Of a stretch of DNA of 64,000 nucleotides, positions 50,996 through 64,000 are shown one piece after another. The notes under the pieces are model-generated. The model did not search any database. It was not told where the DNA came from and was given only the letters and a program-made list of their open reading frames with translations. How positions within the stretch are numbered: the first letter of the stretch is position 1; each line of letters begins with the position of its first letter. The position numbers and the translations under genes are program-made. Source of the DNA: Octopus sinensis (lineage: Eukaryota); the NCBI RefSeq assembly GCF_006345805.1, contig NC_042998.1, positions 192,448,001 through 192,512,000 on the forward strand. Direction: 5' to 3'.

Positions 50996-51289
50996 TAAAA
51001 TTTCACTCAAAACCTCGTGTTTTTATAGTTTATTCCCATCGAATTAATAGAAATACTACACAACAATATAATATATAGAAAGGCTAAGTAAACTTATGAA
51101 CGTTGGTTTTTGGAGTAAACATATTGATTCTTGCTGCAAAAGAATATACAGAACAGGTTTAGGTATGGGAACATGTGCCGTTGCAGAACATCGCTGCACC
51201 AACAACTTGTCGGTATCTGCTCGGGTTGTTCCGGGAAATACTCCGAGTAGTGTCCCAGTTAGTTTCCCTCTCCATGAAATATTTCATTT

Positions 51290-51860
51290 ATTGGGAGCAT
51301 GAGACGAGTGACCAACCAACACGAGCCGGCATCCCAGCCGAATCCCCAAGGAAGGGAACATAATGCGCAGGACCCAACCCGGAAAATCGAACAACGTGGC
51401 CGGGCAGTGTGAGTTGACGCTTCCGGATTATACAACTAGCAAGGCGCATCTCAGTTCCTTAGTATAGTTGTTGGTTAAATACGAAATCCGACCAATGGCA
51501 GCTCATAATCCTGCGAAGCTTCGTAGTACCAAAGGAGTTCAGCCGGCTCCTAAGGGCTACGGACTGTATCCACGACTTGCAACTGCAAAGCTCAGAGACC
51601 TGAAGGGAGGCTCAGAGACCTGAAGACTCGAACATTTGTGCTCCCGCTCAGATATTGGAAGCGCCAAATACTATTGTCCAGTGAGTGCACAAATGCACCA
51701 GTATGCCCAAGTCTTTTTGATACTTCGGACTCGTAGTTAATGCTGCTATGGCTGCCGAGATAAGTGAAGTGCTCAACAACTTCGACATTCTCACCCGCAA
51801 CAGAGACAGGCGAGACGTAGTTCCGCAGAAAACCAAGGAAAGACTGGATATTTGTCACGA
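51290..51860 (-). pseudogene. RTE-type LINE ORF2 fragment (RT end and C-terminal region)
   Basis: VEVVEHFTYLGS...IWR..YLS...RVFRSL; RLNSFGT..LRRIM..HWSDFV...RQL.L.GHV.R. Confidence 0.8.
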
Positions 51861-52902
51861 CCCAAGAAACCCTAAGGCTATGTGGTTCTGCTTCCTTACT
51901 TAGTGAAAAGCGAGCACTCCCTAAGACATCCAGAGACTCAACAAGAATAACGGAATTCTCTCTCGTTCTCTCTTATGTTCTTTACCACCCAACCCTGACA
52001 CCTACGTATGGTTATCAGAATTAGATAAAGCTCAAAGCTAGGAGTAAAGTGAGCATAATATAAATGTAGGATAGTTCTTAAGATATGCAAAACCGACTTC
52101 AAATTCTACCATGATTAAATTAAGCAAGGTTGCGTTTCTATTTTTTATATTTCCAGGAAAAAACACTTAAAAATAAAATATCCAGTGCCTCCTCCTCATC
52201 TCAATACTTTTTAAGACCTAACAATTGAAATGCACCTTAGCTACGGTTATATAATAGCAATATATACATATTCAGGTCCTAAATATAACACAGATATGTG
52301 TTGCCCTTAGTGCGCTGATTTGACATACATGTAAAATGTTGTCGATAAATCCTCAAAAGTAAGAAGTCTAATGAAATGTCAGAACCATCACATTGGTACA
52401 AGATATAGTTTTAGTTTTACATTAAGATTAAGAAATGAAATTGATGTGTCACACTGTTAATTAAAGAAGAAAGATGTGAATTAGAGAACGAAAATGTGAA
52501 CCAATAATAGAGTGTCTAATTGGTAACTTGATCTGCTAGATATAGCAACGAAATGTTCCTTAAATCAAGCATACCAACTTAAACATGTATAAACACATTG
52601 GAAAATGTTGTCCTTGTTACTCTGTGTTTAAAAGAAAAAGATGAGAAGGTAATGGCTAGGGGTCGTAAAAAATATCCTCAACCAGAACCAAGTGGAGACT
52701 AAACGAAAAAAGAAAAACTAGTTATATATATCGAAGTTTGGTTGATAAAGATCTGTATTCGGAGCACTGCACTTGAGCGCACCCCTGATCGAGTTCACCT
52801 TGTTCGCCTCCGCAGTGACTACTACCGTGAAAAGAAAATAGAGTGGAGGAATGAGAGATTACTACAACGGATGCTATAGATGAAGCACTACTTGGTACAG
52901 TA

Positions 52903-53186
52903 CAAATATATGGGAAATTACCACCTGTATCATCTCTTGTGAAAGGTAGAAGAGTCCAGTTTGCTGGACATTGTTGTAGAGCTAAAAACGAGGTAATTTC
53001 TACTCTTCTCCTCTGGAAGCCATCTGCTCGCAATGCCAGAGGGCGCACACTCTCCTACCCTGATGTAATCTCCAGGGATACAGGCATCCAGCAACAGGAC
53101 ATCCGTAATGCGATGATGGACCGTGAAGTCTGGCGTGACATAATAAATTCCATTGTCTCAACCACGGTCGAACAATGATGATGACT
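52903..53186 (+). mobile_element. RTE-like LINE 3' end
   Basis: QIYGKLPPVSSLVKGRRVQFAGHC.R...LLLWKP...AMMDREVWR...* followed by a (TGA)n tail. Confidence 0.8.
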
Positions 53187-53354
53187 TGATTCAGTATACG
53201 AAATGGTCCTCAATTAGGTAGCGGTTCTGTGTAAATGGAACAATACAAGAGTCTCGAAATATAACTGTAAGAACTTTGTAATAAGTAAAGAAAATTCTAT
53301 GCATCGTCGTAATTCCTTAATTTTAAATTCATATTTCTAATCCTGTTTCATATC

Positions 53355-53954
53355 TATTTCTTTACTACCCACAAGGGGCTACACACAGAGAGGACAAACA
53401 AGGACAGACAAACGGATTAAGTCGATTATATCGACCCCAATGCGTAACAGGTACTTAATTTATCGACCCCGAAAGGATGAAAGGCAAAGTCGACCTCGGC
53501 GGAATTTGAACTCAGAACGTAGCGACAGACAAAATACCTGTTTCTTTATTACCCACAAGGGGCTAAACACAGAAGGGACAAACAAGGACATACAAAGGGA
53601 TTAAAGTCGATTACATCGTCCCTAGTGCGTAACTGGTACTTTATTTATCGACCCCGAAAGGATGAAAGGCAAAGTCGACCTCGGCGGAATTTGAACTCAG
53701 AACGTAGCGACAGACAAAATACCTATTTCTTTACTACCCACAATGGGCTAAACACAGAAGGGACAAACAAGGACAGACAAAGGGATTAAGTCGATTACAT
53801 CGACCCTAGTGCGTAACTGGTACTTAATTTATCGACCCCGAAAGGATGAAAGGCAAGGTCGACCTCGGCGGAATTTGAACTCCGGACGTAACGGCAGACG
53901 AAATACGGCTACGCATTTCGCCCGGCGTGCTGATGTTTCTGCCAGCTCGCTGCC
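53355..53954 (-). repeat. SINE A trimer
   Basis: Three tandem units plus one head. Confidence 0.9.
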
Positions 53955-54347
53955 TTGTCCTGTTTCATAGCATGAAAAAATGATTATCTCTCTTGATATA
54001 GTTACCATCTCTAGGGTAACCATGTAAAGAATGTGGGTTTAGTTGCACTTTAGCCCCCAGATCAGCCAATCAAAAAACCCGAAAATAACAGCCGACGAAT
54101 GCCAAAGAGACTCAAGACAGAAGCCATGCTAACGCTAACTGTTATACAGAGACATCAAGATGTAGCCATATTCGCATGATTGTCGCAGTGGCATGAGACT
54201 CGAGTTGCGGGATTAATGGTCAATCTAAATAAAGTATAGAACATGTATTGCGTACTCTTTCATTCGTTCAGCACGCATAAATGCTTCTGTGGATGTTTGT
54301 GGATATATATATATATATAAACGTTGTGTGCCGAACGAAAGAGTTTG

Positions 54348-54507
<160 letters not shown>

Positions 54508-54549
54508 CATGTATATATATACATGTATATATATACATGTATATATATA

Positions 54550-54963
54550 CTCTTTTACTCTTTTACTTGTTTCAGTCATTTTGACTGCGGCCATGCTGGA
54601 GCACCGCCTTTAGTCGATCAAATCGACCCCGGTGACTTATTCTTTGTAAGCTATTTGCTTAGTCTATCGGTCTCTTTTTGCCGAACCGCTAAGTGACGGG
54701 GACGTAAACACACCAGCATCGGTTGTCGAGCAATGCTAGGGGGACAAACACAAACACACAACCCCCCACACACACACCACACACATATATATATATATAC
54801 GACAGGCTTCTTTCAGTTTCCGTCTACCAAATCCACTCACAAGGCATTGGTCGGCCCGGGGCTATAGCAGAAGACACTTGCCCAAGATGCCACGCAGTGG
54901 GACTGAACCCGAACCATGTGGTTGGTTAGCAAGCTACTTACCACACAGCCACTCCTGCGCCTA
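54550..54963 (-). mobile_element. SINE group B
   Basis: Full-length reverse match within TA tracts. Confidence 0.9.
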
Positions 54964-54977
54964 TATATATATATTAT

Positions 54978-55091
<114 letters not shown>

Positions 55092-55172
55092 TATATATAT
55101 ATATATTATATATATATACATATATATACATATATATATATATATATACATATATATATACGTATATATATA

Positions 55173-55224
<52 letters not shown>

Positions 55225-55925
55225 CGCGTATGCATATATATGTATGTATGTATATCTATATGTACTGGAATAATATTGACAGAATTTTCTCTGAATCACG
55301 AGAACTGTAGTAGGCTGGTGATATAAAGGTTGGAGTAGCTTAGCGTAGCGGAACAAAGCATTTCGAAACAATATTAGTTATATTGTCTATAATGTTTGAC
55401 TTGTTTGTCTAGAAAGAGGCTTGGCTGTTTTGAACATCTAGTTTCACTACACATTACTTCAGCCAATAGCTCAAGAAGAAATGCTATGTTATAACAGGCA
55501 GATGGTAATTAATGTCACTGTGTGAGGATTTAGAAGTAGGCGGAAGCAAATGTATTGGCCTAAGTGACAGGTGTAAATGATATGGCTCCATCAGGACTAA
55601 TGCCTGTTGGGAAATAATAACAAAAGTAAAATAAAGCAGAAACCAAAAACCTCGAACCGAAATAAAAACAACAACAACAACAACAACGACAACGACGACA
55701 ACAACAAACCCCAAAAGCCTATAATGTCAGTTGAGATATACTTGGCAAGTGACCAGAAGACATAGCTGCAAATATAGGCTTGTGGTTGGTGTATAAATTA
55801 GTTGTGATTGAAACATTTGTGAAGTAAGAGGACGAGGTAAAAGCGGAGATGGTTGAAAATAATAAACGAGACTACTTACAGTCTGTTGCCAGTTGTTTGC
55901 TTAAAGCAAATCTACTTCAGTGTCA

Positions 55926-56731
55926 ACATAATAAATGCAACAAAGACTGTAGTTGCAGAAAAACCAATCTTAGAACTAAATTTTTCTTCATTCACAACAG
56001 ACACTGCTATACGACTGAACAACAGAACAGTACAGTACAGTACTACAACATAAAAATGCAGCATTGCAATAGCATAGTTGAACCACAACAGAACTATATA
56101 ACAACACAGCAGTATCACCATACAACAGTACAACGCCAAAATAACACCATTGGGCAAAGGCTTCGGCGTATAACAATACAACAGATGAAAGCACTCCGTC
56201 GGTTACGACGACGAGGGTTCCGGCTGATCCGAATCAACGGAACAGCCTGCTCGTGAAATTAACGTGTAAGTGGCTGAGCACTCCACAGACACGTGCACCC
56301 TTATCGTAGTTCTCGGGGATATTTAGCGTGACACAGAGAGTGACAAGGCCGGCCCCTTGAAATACAGGTACAACAGAAACAGGAAGTAAGAATGAGAGAA
56401 AGTTGTGGTGAAAGAGTACAGCAGGGATCACCACCATCCCCTGCCGGAGCCTCCTGGCGCTTTAGGTGTTAACACATAATAAATGCAACAAAGACTGTAG
56501 TTGCAGAAAAACCAATCTTAGAACTAAATTTTTCTTCATTCACAACAGACACTGCTATACGACTGAACAACAGAACAGTACAGTACAGTACTACAACATA
56601 AAAATGCAGCATTGCAATAGCATAGTTGAACCACAACAGAACTATATAACAACACAGCAGCATCGTCATACAACAGTACAACGCCAAAATAACACCATTG
56701 TGCAAAAGCTACAGCGTATAACAACACAACA
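55926..56731. repeat. 258-bp direct duplication flanking a 5'-truncated SINE C (56184-56473, minus)
   Basis: 55926-56183 matches 56474-56731. Confidence 0.88.
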
Positions 56732-56931
56732 CAGCCACTACACAACAGTACCACAGCACAATATTACTACCTAATACTCTACAACAGTACAATGACACAA
56801 CACATAACAACAGTAGAACACCACATTACTACATCTATTAAACAGCAGTAGAATCCCACAAGTGCATAACAGCATACTATAAGAAAAATTCTGCTTTCCA
56901 TCATCGTACGTATATCATACATACATACATA

Positions 56932-56975
<44 letters not shown>

Positions 56976-57233
56976 TTATAAGGGTGAGAGAATTAGATAT
57001 AATTTAATAGTATATCTATTCAACCCAAGTGGCCTAGTGCTCCGAGAAACTGATTATTATAATATTTTATAACATATTATAAATTTTTACAAAATAATAT
57101 AAGAGAGTGGTCACTATATGGCTCACTCTAGCACCAGTTAATCCAAAAGGTTTCAACCACCAAATACATGTTTCCCATCAGTACGATTGTTAGCTCACAC
57201 GGACAGGGCAAATAAAAAATAACAAAATACGTT

Positions 57234-57313
57234 TTTTGGGACAATTGTTTCGCTATTAATAATTAATGTAATTTTACTTACAAAAAAAATCCCTTGTAGC
57301 TCGTCAGCCAAAA
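57234..57313 (-). ncRNA. Canonical type I hammerhead ribozyme
   Basis: TTTTGG CTGACGA GCTA..TAGC GAAAC AATT GTC CCAAAA: intact core, 6-bp stem I, 4-bp stem II, GUC cleavage triplet. Confidence 0.8.
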
Positions 57314-57380
57314 CTATCTGGATGAAATCCTCAATCACACGCCAGATTTTACATAACGATAATACGCGTGTGGTTCAATT

Positions 57381-57640
57381 GATTACATCTACGTTATATT
57401 CATGCCCCAACTAACAGCGCGCCAAACTTTCACGGAAACAATACAGCATTTAGAATAAATGCAGCATAATTATAATTAATTAATAAGTTAGAGAATTAGC
57501 CTAATTTATAGTATATCTATTCAACACCACCCTTATTAATTAATTATTATGCTGCATTTATTTCTAAATGCTGTATTTGTTTTCCGTGAAAGTTTGGCGC
57601 GCTGTTAGTTGGGCATTTGAATATAACGTCGGATGTAATC
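57381..57640. repeat. Inverted repeat, ~107-bp arms with a 44-bp spacer
   Basis: 57381-57487 versus 57532-57640. Confidence 0.88.
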
Positions 57641-57782
57641 TGTGTTTCTTTCTGTGTACCTTTCTGTGGAGAGCATAGGCTCGAAACGTAAACGACTTTT
57701 TCACTTCCCGAGCGTTATACTAATACATCTGTTTTTTTTTACATCACCTGTCTTCGTCTTTTTTTTTTCGTGAATTCTCCCT
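57640..57782 (+). mobile_element. Short element with a hammerhead-like motif (57660-57694)
   Basis: CTGTGGA GAGC atag GCTC GAAAC GTA; homologous to 9956-10125. Confidence 0.6.
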
Positions 57783-57831
<49 letters not shown>

Positions 57832-58161
57832 CAATGTTAATGTGCATCCACTACACGTTACTTATTCTTGACTTGGTGTGAATTCCATCTGCCGACATTG
57901 TTACGTAATTCTGAGCTTCAAGAAACAGCTGTCGGACCTGTAATGCCAAACCTTCTCCCCTTAGTTTTCTTCGTCTTTGTCCTCTGTGCAAATCTGCTTG
58001 GTTAACATATAAATATCTATATATCCATACATGAACGTGCAATGTCTGATTATTTTCGGTCTTTATTTCTATCTATTTGCATGTATATATGTATACATAT
58101 TTTATATATCAAGCCCAAGCTTGTTTATTTGTTTGCTTACATCATTACATATGTGTGTGTG

Positions 58162-58199
<38 letters not shown>

Positions 58200-58220
58200 G
58201 TGTGTGTGTGTGTGTGTGCA

Positions 58221-58440
58221 TACGAGGAGGTGGTAAAAAGTTCCTGGCTTTGAATAAGAGAAAATACAAGTAGGTCAGATAATTAGGATTTTATTCAACA
58301 TATTCCCCTCTCAGATTCACATACTTATTGCAGCAGCCCTTCAGTTTTTCGTAAACCTTGTAAAACGAACTTGGAAGGTTGGATCACCAGCCAGGCCTTT
58401 CGCGATATCCTTAAAGCCAGGAACTTTTCAGCACCCCTTC
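58221..58440. mobile_element. Mariner-type MITE
   Basis: TACGAGGAGGTGGTAAAAAGTTCCTGGCTTT / AAAGCCAGGAACTTTTCAGCACCCC imperfect TIRs. Confidence 0.7.
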
Positions 58441-59203
58441 ACACACACACACACACATACATATTTATATACATATATATATGTGTCACTGAAACTTGCC
58501 TGCACAGAACATCCCAGGTTTATCTATCTATCTATATCTATCTATCTATCTATCTATCTTTCCAATTCTCTCTCTCTCTCTTCTTCTTCTTCTTCTTTTT
58601 TTTTCTTCTCTTCTCTTCTCTCCACGTATCACATCAGCTAATTCTGCTATTCCGCTTTATCTATAACACCCCTCTTTTCATCTCTGAAACTTTGCTGGTG
58701 CTTATACTTCACCGATTTTTTTCCTTCCTCTTATATATCTCCTGCGTCTCATCACTCAGTCCCCAGACTTAACACTGTATTTCTCAATTGTTTTATTGTA
58801 TTTTTTATTTATTTTTCTCTTCGCATTACTAAATCCTTTTCTTCATTCGTACCCACCAAAAAAAAACAGTAATACATCATATAAAAATACAACAGTTATC
58901 ATACCAACCTTACTGTTATATATTGCAAATAATTCAACACCTTATTTACAGTCAAAGACTAAGAACTGTAATAATTCACATACCTCCGCTACATCCCCAC
59001 CTCACATCCTCCAATACTTTCACAGTTCCGCTATCTTCACAAGTGACACACAGACACACTCATTTACAAAACACACAGTTCCACCACATTCACAACTTGC
59101 ACACCTGCACCAACGTGGTAACACTCACGGCTAGAACAGTCGCTTAACACTCGTCCCGCACGCCATCGCTACCACTCCCTCCACTGACACAACTTTAAGA
59201 ACC

Positions 59204-59242
59204 TTGATGACGACTTCACGATATGTTGAACACCATGTGTGA
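59204..59242 (+). ncRNA. Degenerate hammerhead remnant
   Basis: TTGATGA C GAC ttcacgatat GTT GAAC; several core substitutions. Confidence 0.3.
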
Positions 59243-59427
59243 AATAAAAGAAAGTCAATAAACTCAATATGCAATCGATTAGCAGAATCAATAAAACGTC
59301 GAGCAAACGCCTTTCCGTAATTATTCCAAGATTTTTGTTTCCAAAGTTCAAATCCACCGAGTTCGACATGAAATTTCTACCTCTCCGGTATTGATAAATA
59401 AAAAGCCAGTCAATTGCTAGCTCTGGT

Positions 59428-59853
59428 GGATCTTTTCGGTTTGAACGGCAGTTTTTTTTAATAATTTCCACGTAACTAAACACTTTTAAACTTCGTATAC
59501 TGGTAGAATGTGTTTATAAAACATCTTTTTCTCTTGGCTTTATTGAGAAAATTCTGTAGTTTGTAAGATATTTGTTGTTGTTTTTTCTTCAATTTCTGCA
59601 ATTTCAACCAATCAATGACGTCTATTGAGTTGAAAACATTCTGTACTGTATGAAAATGTCCCTCGTTTAAGAAACAGATTGGGTTTATTTACATTTCTGA
59701 AGAAAAAATATACCCTTCCCCCACCCCTAACCCTAACTAACCCTAACCCTAAAATAGATTGACATGCAATAGATCGATACTAGGGTCATAATTATGGTTG
59801 ACAATTTCATATGACACCGCTAGAAAAAACTGCCGTTCAAACCGAAAAGATCC
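59428..59853 (-). mobile_element. TTAGGG-containing MITE, copy 6
   Basis: TSD GCTCTGGT. Confidence 0.9.
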
Positions 59854-62119
59854 GCTCTGGTTCTTATTTTTTCACAGAATCGACTATATCAATGCTACTC
59901 AAAATATGTTCCGAGGAATCCTTGGATTCTGTGAAAAAGCTCTGGGGTTCCATAAGGAAAAGGGACTTCGTAATAAGGAAACAACAAATAAAAAAAAACA
60001 ATGTGTATTGTATACATTTTTCTGTTTATTCCTTAATTTCAAATTCAAACGTTTAATCCCACCAAATATTATGAATAAATTATCTCCCTTGTATTAACTC
60101 CTCTAGGGGACACCGCGTATGTCTTTGGTGATTTTTTCCCTCGTTCAGAGTAATATGCCTTTGTTTGCTTGTTTGTTGGCCTGTTGTTTTTTACTTTTTT
60201 TTTCATATTAATAATAATTCTCTCTTTAAAACAATTTTAGCTAATTCAATGTCTTGTTTACAATATCGGGTTTCTCCGTGAATTAGAGGTAAGGGTTTAA
60301 CGATTTTTTTAGAAATCGTTTTAATTTGAAGAAGCATTGGACAACGCTACGCTGTAAGGAACATCCAAGGAACAAAGGAGTGTTGGATGTAGTAAGCTTT
60401 CCATTTAGCTTACTACAAAAATCGCCTCATAAAACTGTAAAACATGGTGGGCATGGACGGATTGATGTACTGTGTAGCAGGAAATGGTTAAAAATATAAA
60501 CAAAAAACTATTTTAATTTACAAAAAATATTACATATTTTTATTGCAGTACATTCTTTCCGAAACGCTTTGATGTTGTTTCTCCAAATTTTTTCTCGCTC
60601 TCCACTATTGTACTTCCACTACATCCAGCAAAACCCTACCTGCCATAATGAGGTTTATATATTTCATATGTGCTCAGACAGGTTTCAAATAGAATGCCTG
60701 AAGAAAGAGCTCACTAAAAAGCATAGTGTATCCTAAAGAATTATAAATAGTATATTCTTCAGGAATATCTATAGAATGGCAGCTGTCAGTTTATCATTTG
60801 GGAGTGTGGATGCATGTCTTACAAGTAGGACTGCAAATACAGTTTATGCTACCACTAATATATTTCAATACTATTTTCTTCTACATAATATTCTTCTCTT
60901 GAGGTATAAGGCGGTTTTTTGATTATTTATCTTCGCAGTGGGCATGAGACAATATTCCAGTTTAGGTCATAAATATTCTGTTCTGTGAGGACAGCGAGCT
61001 AGCAGAATTGTTAGCACTTTACGTTCTGAGTTCAAATATCGCAGGAGTCGACTTTGCCATTCATCCTTTCGGGGTCGATAAAGTAAGTACCAGTTGAACA
61101 CTGAGATTGATGTAATTAACTTATTCCTTCTACCGAAAATGCCAAAATTTGAAATCAATATTCCGTTCTGTGAAACAGTGAGATCAAATTCGACTAGAAT
61201 CGACTGTCTTTCATCTCTCACGGGTCGACAAAATAAATTGTACCAACAACTTAAAATGATGTCTTCTTACACAGAAATAATTATTATTACTAATCAAAAT
61301 ATTATGCCTCTTTACGTTCTGAGTTCAAAATCCGCAGATGCCAACTTTGCTTTTATCCTTTTGGGATCGATAAAATAAGTACCAATTGAGCACTTGAATT
61401 AATGTAATTGACAAGCCCTTTTCCCGAAAAATTCAGGCCTTGTGTTTATAGCAGAAAGGATTGTTAATAGTCAAAAATCTTCTACTTCGTTACGTTTTGA
61501 GTTCAAATTCCACCGAGGTCGACTTTGCGCTTCATTCTTTCGAAGTCGATAAAATAAGTACCAGTTAAGCACTGGGGTCGATGTGATCGACTTACTACCT
61601 TCCATTAAAACTGTTGATATTGCGTCAAAATTTAAAACCATTCTTACAAGTCTCAAAGCCACTCTGCGTGTAGTTCCTGCCGAACGTTCTTGGTCCCTCG
61701 GCCTAAAGTTAACAAGATTTAAGAATCTACATAAGAAAAAAGAAAATATATGATAACATCATTAATTATTTTATGTGCTAAAGGAAAATTGATCATGTGA
61801 ATATTTGTCACGACAAAACTTCGCCCGGTATTCTGGAGCCTTAATACCGATGAGGTTTTGTGATTTTCCAGTCTAAAACTTTACCCAGTCAGTTCGAATC
61901 AAAACTTCACCGGATCTTTTCTCACCTTTTTGCTTGAATCAGTAAGTTTTCACTATTCTCGCCTTTCATTTTCTTTTTATCATTATCATTTTGTTTCTCC
62001 TCAATTCCAATTTTGTTTTTCCACTTCTCTATCTTAATACCGATAGGTAAACCTTTTCTAACTTAGCTTCATTGAAAATATATAAAACCGTTACGGTTCA
62101 CAAATTTTAATTGCACCTG

Positions 62120-62187
<68 letters not shown>

Positions 62188-62332
62188 GTTTACTGTTCCG
62201 TTAAGGTAAGATCAACAAAAAATGGCACTCCATCCAGTGAGAGATAAATATCGTTTAATGTACACAGTATAAAGATACGAGCTATTAATAGTTTCTTGCT
62301 ATGAAGACACGTGTCTAATCAGGTTTTTATAA

Positions 62333-62610
62333 CCTCGGCGGAATTTGAACTCAGAAACGTAACGGCAAACGAAATACCTATTTCTTTATTACCCACAAGG
62401 GGCTAAACATAGAAGAGACAAACAAGGACAGAAAAAGGGTTTCAGTCGATTACATCGATCCCAGTGCGTAACTGGTACTTTATTTATCGACCCCGAAAGG
62501 ATGAAAGGCATAGTCGACCTCGGCGGAATTTGAACTCAGAAACGTAATGGCAGACGAAATACCGCTAACCATTTTACCCAGCGCGCTAACGTTTCTGCCA
62601 GCTCGCCGCC
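62333..62610 (-). mobile_element. SINE A: one unit plus part of a second
   Basis: Same multimer junction at ~62367. Confidence 0.85.
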
Positions 62611-63104
62611 TTCAAATTCTTGTACTAAATATATATATATCCTCATATAAATCAATGATTTTATACTTATAAGTAATTGCATGTTCCATATATATAAAGC
62701 TGAATCCTTTAAAACAACTTCCAGTACCATTATATTACAGCCTACTCAACTCCAGACACTGCTCCACCCTTAACACTAGACGACATTGTAAATCACTGAT
62801 CGCAACGCTTCATCAAAAACTGGTTCTGTTGTACTAATATTGTTGACCCCCGTTACGGCAGACTTAACTTTGTCCACGCCTCGCTAAGTTCGGATTTCTG
62901 CGTCGATTTAACCAATGTTTGCCAATTACGTCCATCAAAACTGGGGAAAGATTTGCCAGTTACGGTTATATAAGTCCATCAAGTGTTACTCAGCGAGCGT
63001 TGCACCATCGCATCATCACCACCCATTCATTATACGGTCAGATGTTCAGTGAAGCTGTCATGTTTCTGTTGATGAATAGCACCGGTTTGATGCATACAAT
63101 ATAA

Positions 63105-63156
<52 letters not shown>

Positions 63157-63180
63157 TTAATAATAATAATAATAATATTG

Positions 63181-63216
<36 letters not shown>

Positions 63217-63283
63217 TTGATAATAATATTGATAATAATAATAATAATGATAATAATAATAATAATGATAATAATAATAATAA
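63105..63283. repeat. (AAT)n microsatellite
   Basis: Direct reading. Confidence 0.95.
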
Positions 63284-63284
63284 T

Positions 63285-63751
63285 TAAAAGATGGGCTACA
63301 GCAAATATTCTGCTCAATACCACAGATTTGCTTGTCAGTTGTTTGACCTTAACCAGTGGAGCATGTCCCTTAGTGGCTGACGATATGTGCATCTCTGATC
63401 ATGAGCAGAAGTAGTGGGGGAGCATCATAGCCATGTGTTGAGAGGGATTCTTTGGGGTTTGAATAATTCACCTCTGGAAACATGGGTGGTTTTTTTCAAC
63501 ATCCTTAAACAACCCTTATTCAGGGACCGTTTGAGCGGGATGGGCTACTCAACCTGAAGAAAATTCTAACTGGGCCCCACCTGCAAGGTCATGTGCTTTT
63601 TATCTTGATATGAAATCACCATGTCGCGCACATATGGTTGTGATGCATGTGCCTGGTGTACCCTTATCAGACGGGTAGTCATGATGGGTATATTGGGCTT
63701 CGTATATTTTACCCCAGTGTCACTTTGATGGCATGCACTGCTCTCTCACTC
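63285..63751 (+). mobile_element. Non-coding ~465-bp segment embedded in (AAT)n, probable retroposon 3' end
   Basis: Complex sequence bounded on both sides by (AAT)n; single copy in this window. Confidence 0.35.
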
Positions 63752-63848
63752 AATAATAATAATAACAATAATAATAATATTAATAATAATAATAGTAATG
63801 ATAATAATAATAGTAATAATAATAATAATGATAATAATAATAGTAATG

Positions 63849-63897
<49 letters not shown>

Positions 63898-63910
63898 TGA
63901 TAATAATAGT
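63752..63910. repeat. (AAT)n microsatellite
   Basis: Direct reading. Confidence 0.95.
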
Positions 63911-64000
63911 ATAAAGTGTTTTTCTTTTATATATGTAATTATACATACATGCTTATATATATAAATGCTGCATCTATATATAGTCATGTGCGTGTATATG

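Overview
AT-rich, microsatellite-dense animal genomic DNA. The SINE repertoire and TTAGGG repeat suggest a cephalopod/Octopus genome; this is an inference, not checked by any search. The window is almost entirely repeats. It holds three tRNA-derived SINE groups (A, B, C), several of them as head-to-tail multimers, and six copies of a ~430-bp MITE with 8-bp TSDs and internal TTAGGG repeats. It also holds a full-length but frameshifted D,D34D mariner, mariner and pogo-type MITEs, and decayed Penelope (GIY-YIG), RTE, CR1 and Gag-knuckle fragments. No intact host gene could be assembled; only a few candidate exons and a possible WD40-like relic are offered at low confidence. Nearly all ORFs in the supplied track are microsatellite or SINE artefacts. 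The most striking signal is about a dozen hammerhead-ribozyme (HHR) motifs in several unrelated short elements next to (TA)n/(TG)n tracts. One of them (57234-57313, minus) is canonical, most have palindromic stem-III loops, and several sit in or beside fold-back inverted duplications. This suggests a Penelope-dependent, retrozyme-like system.
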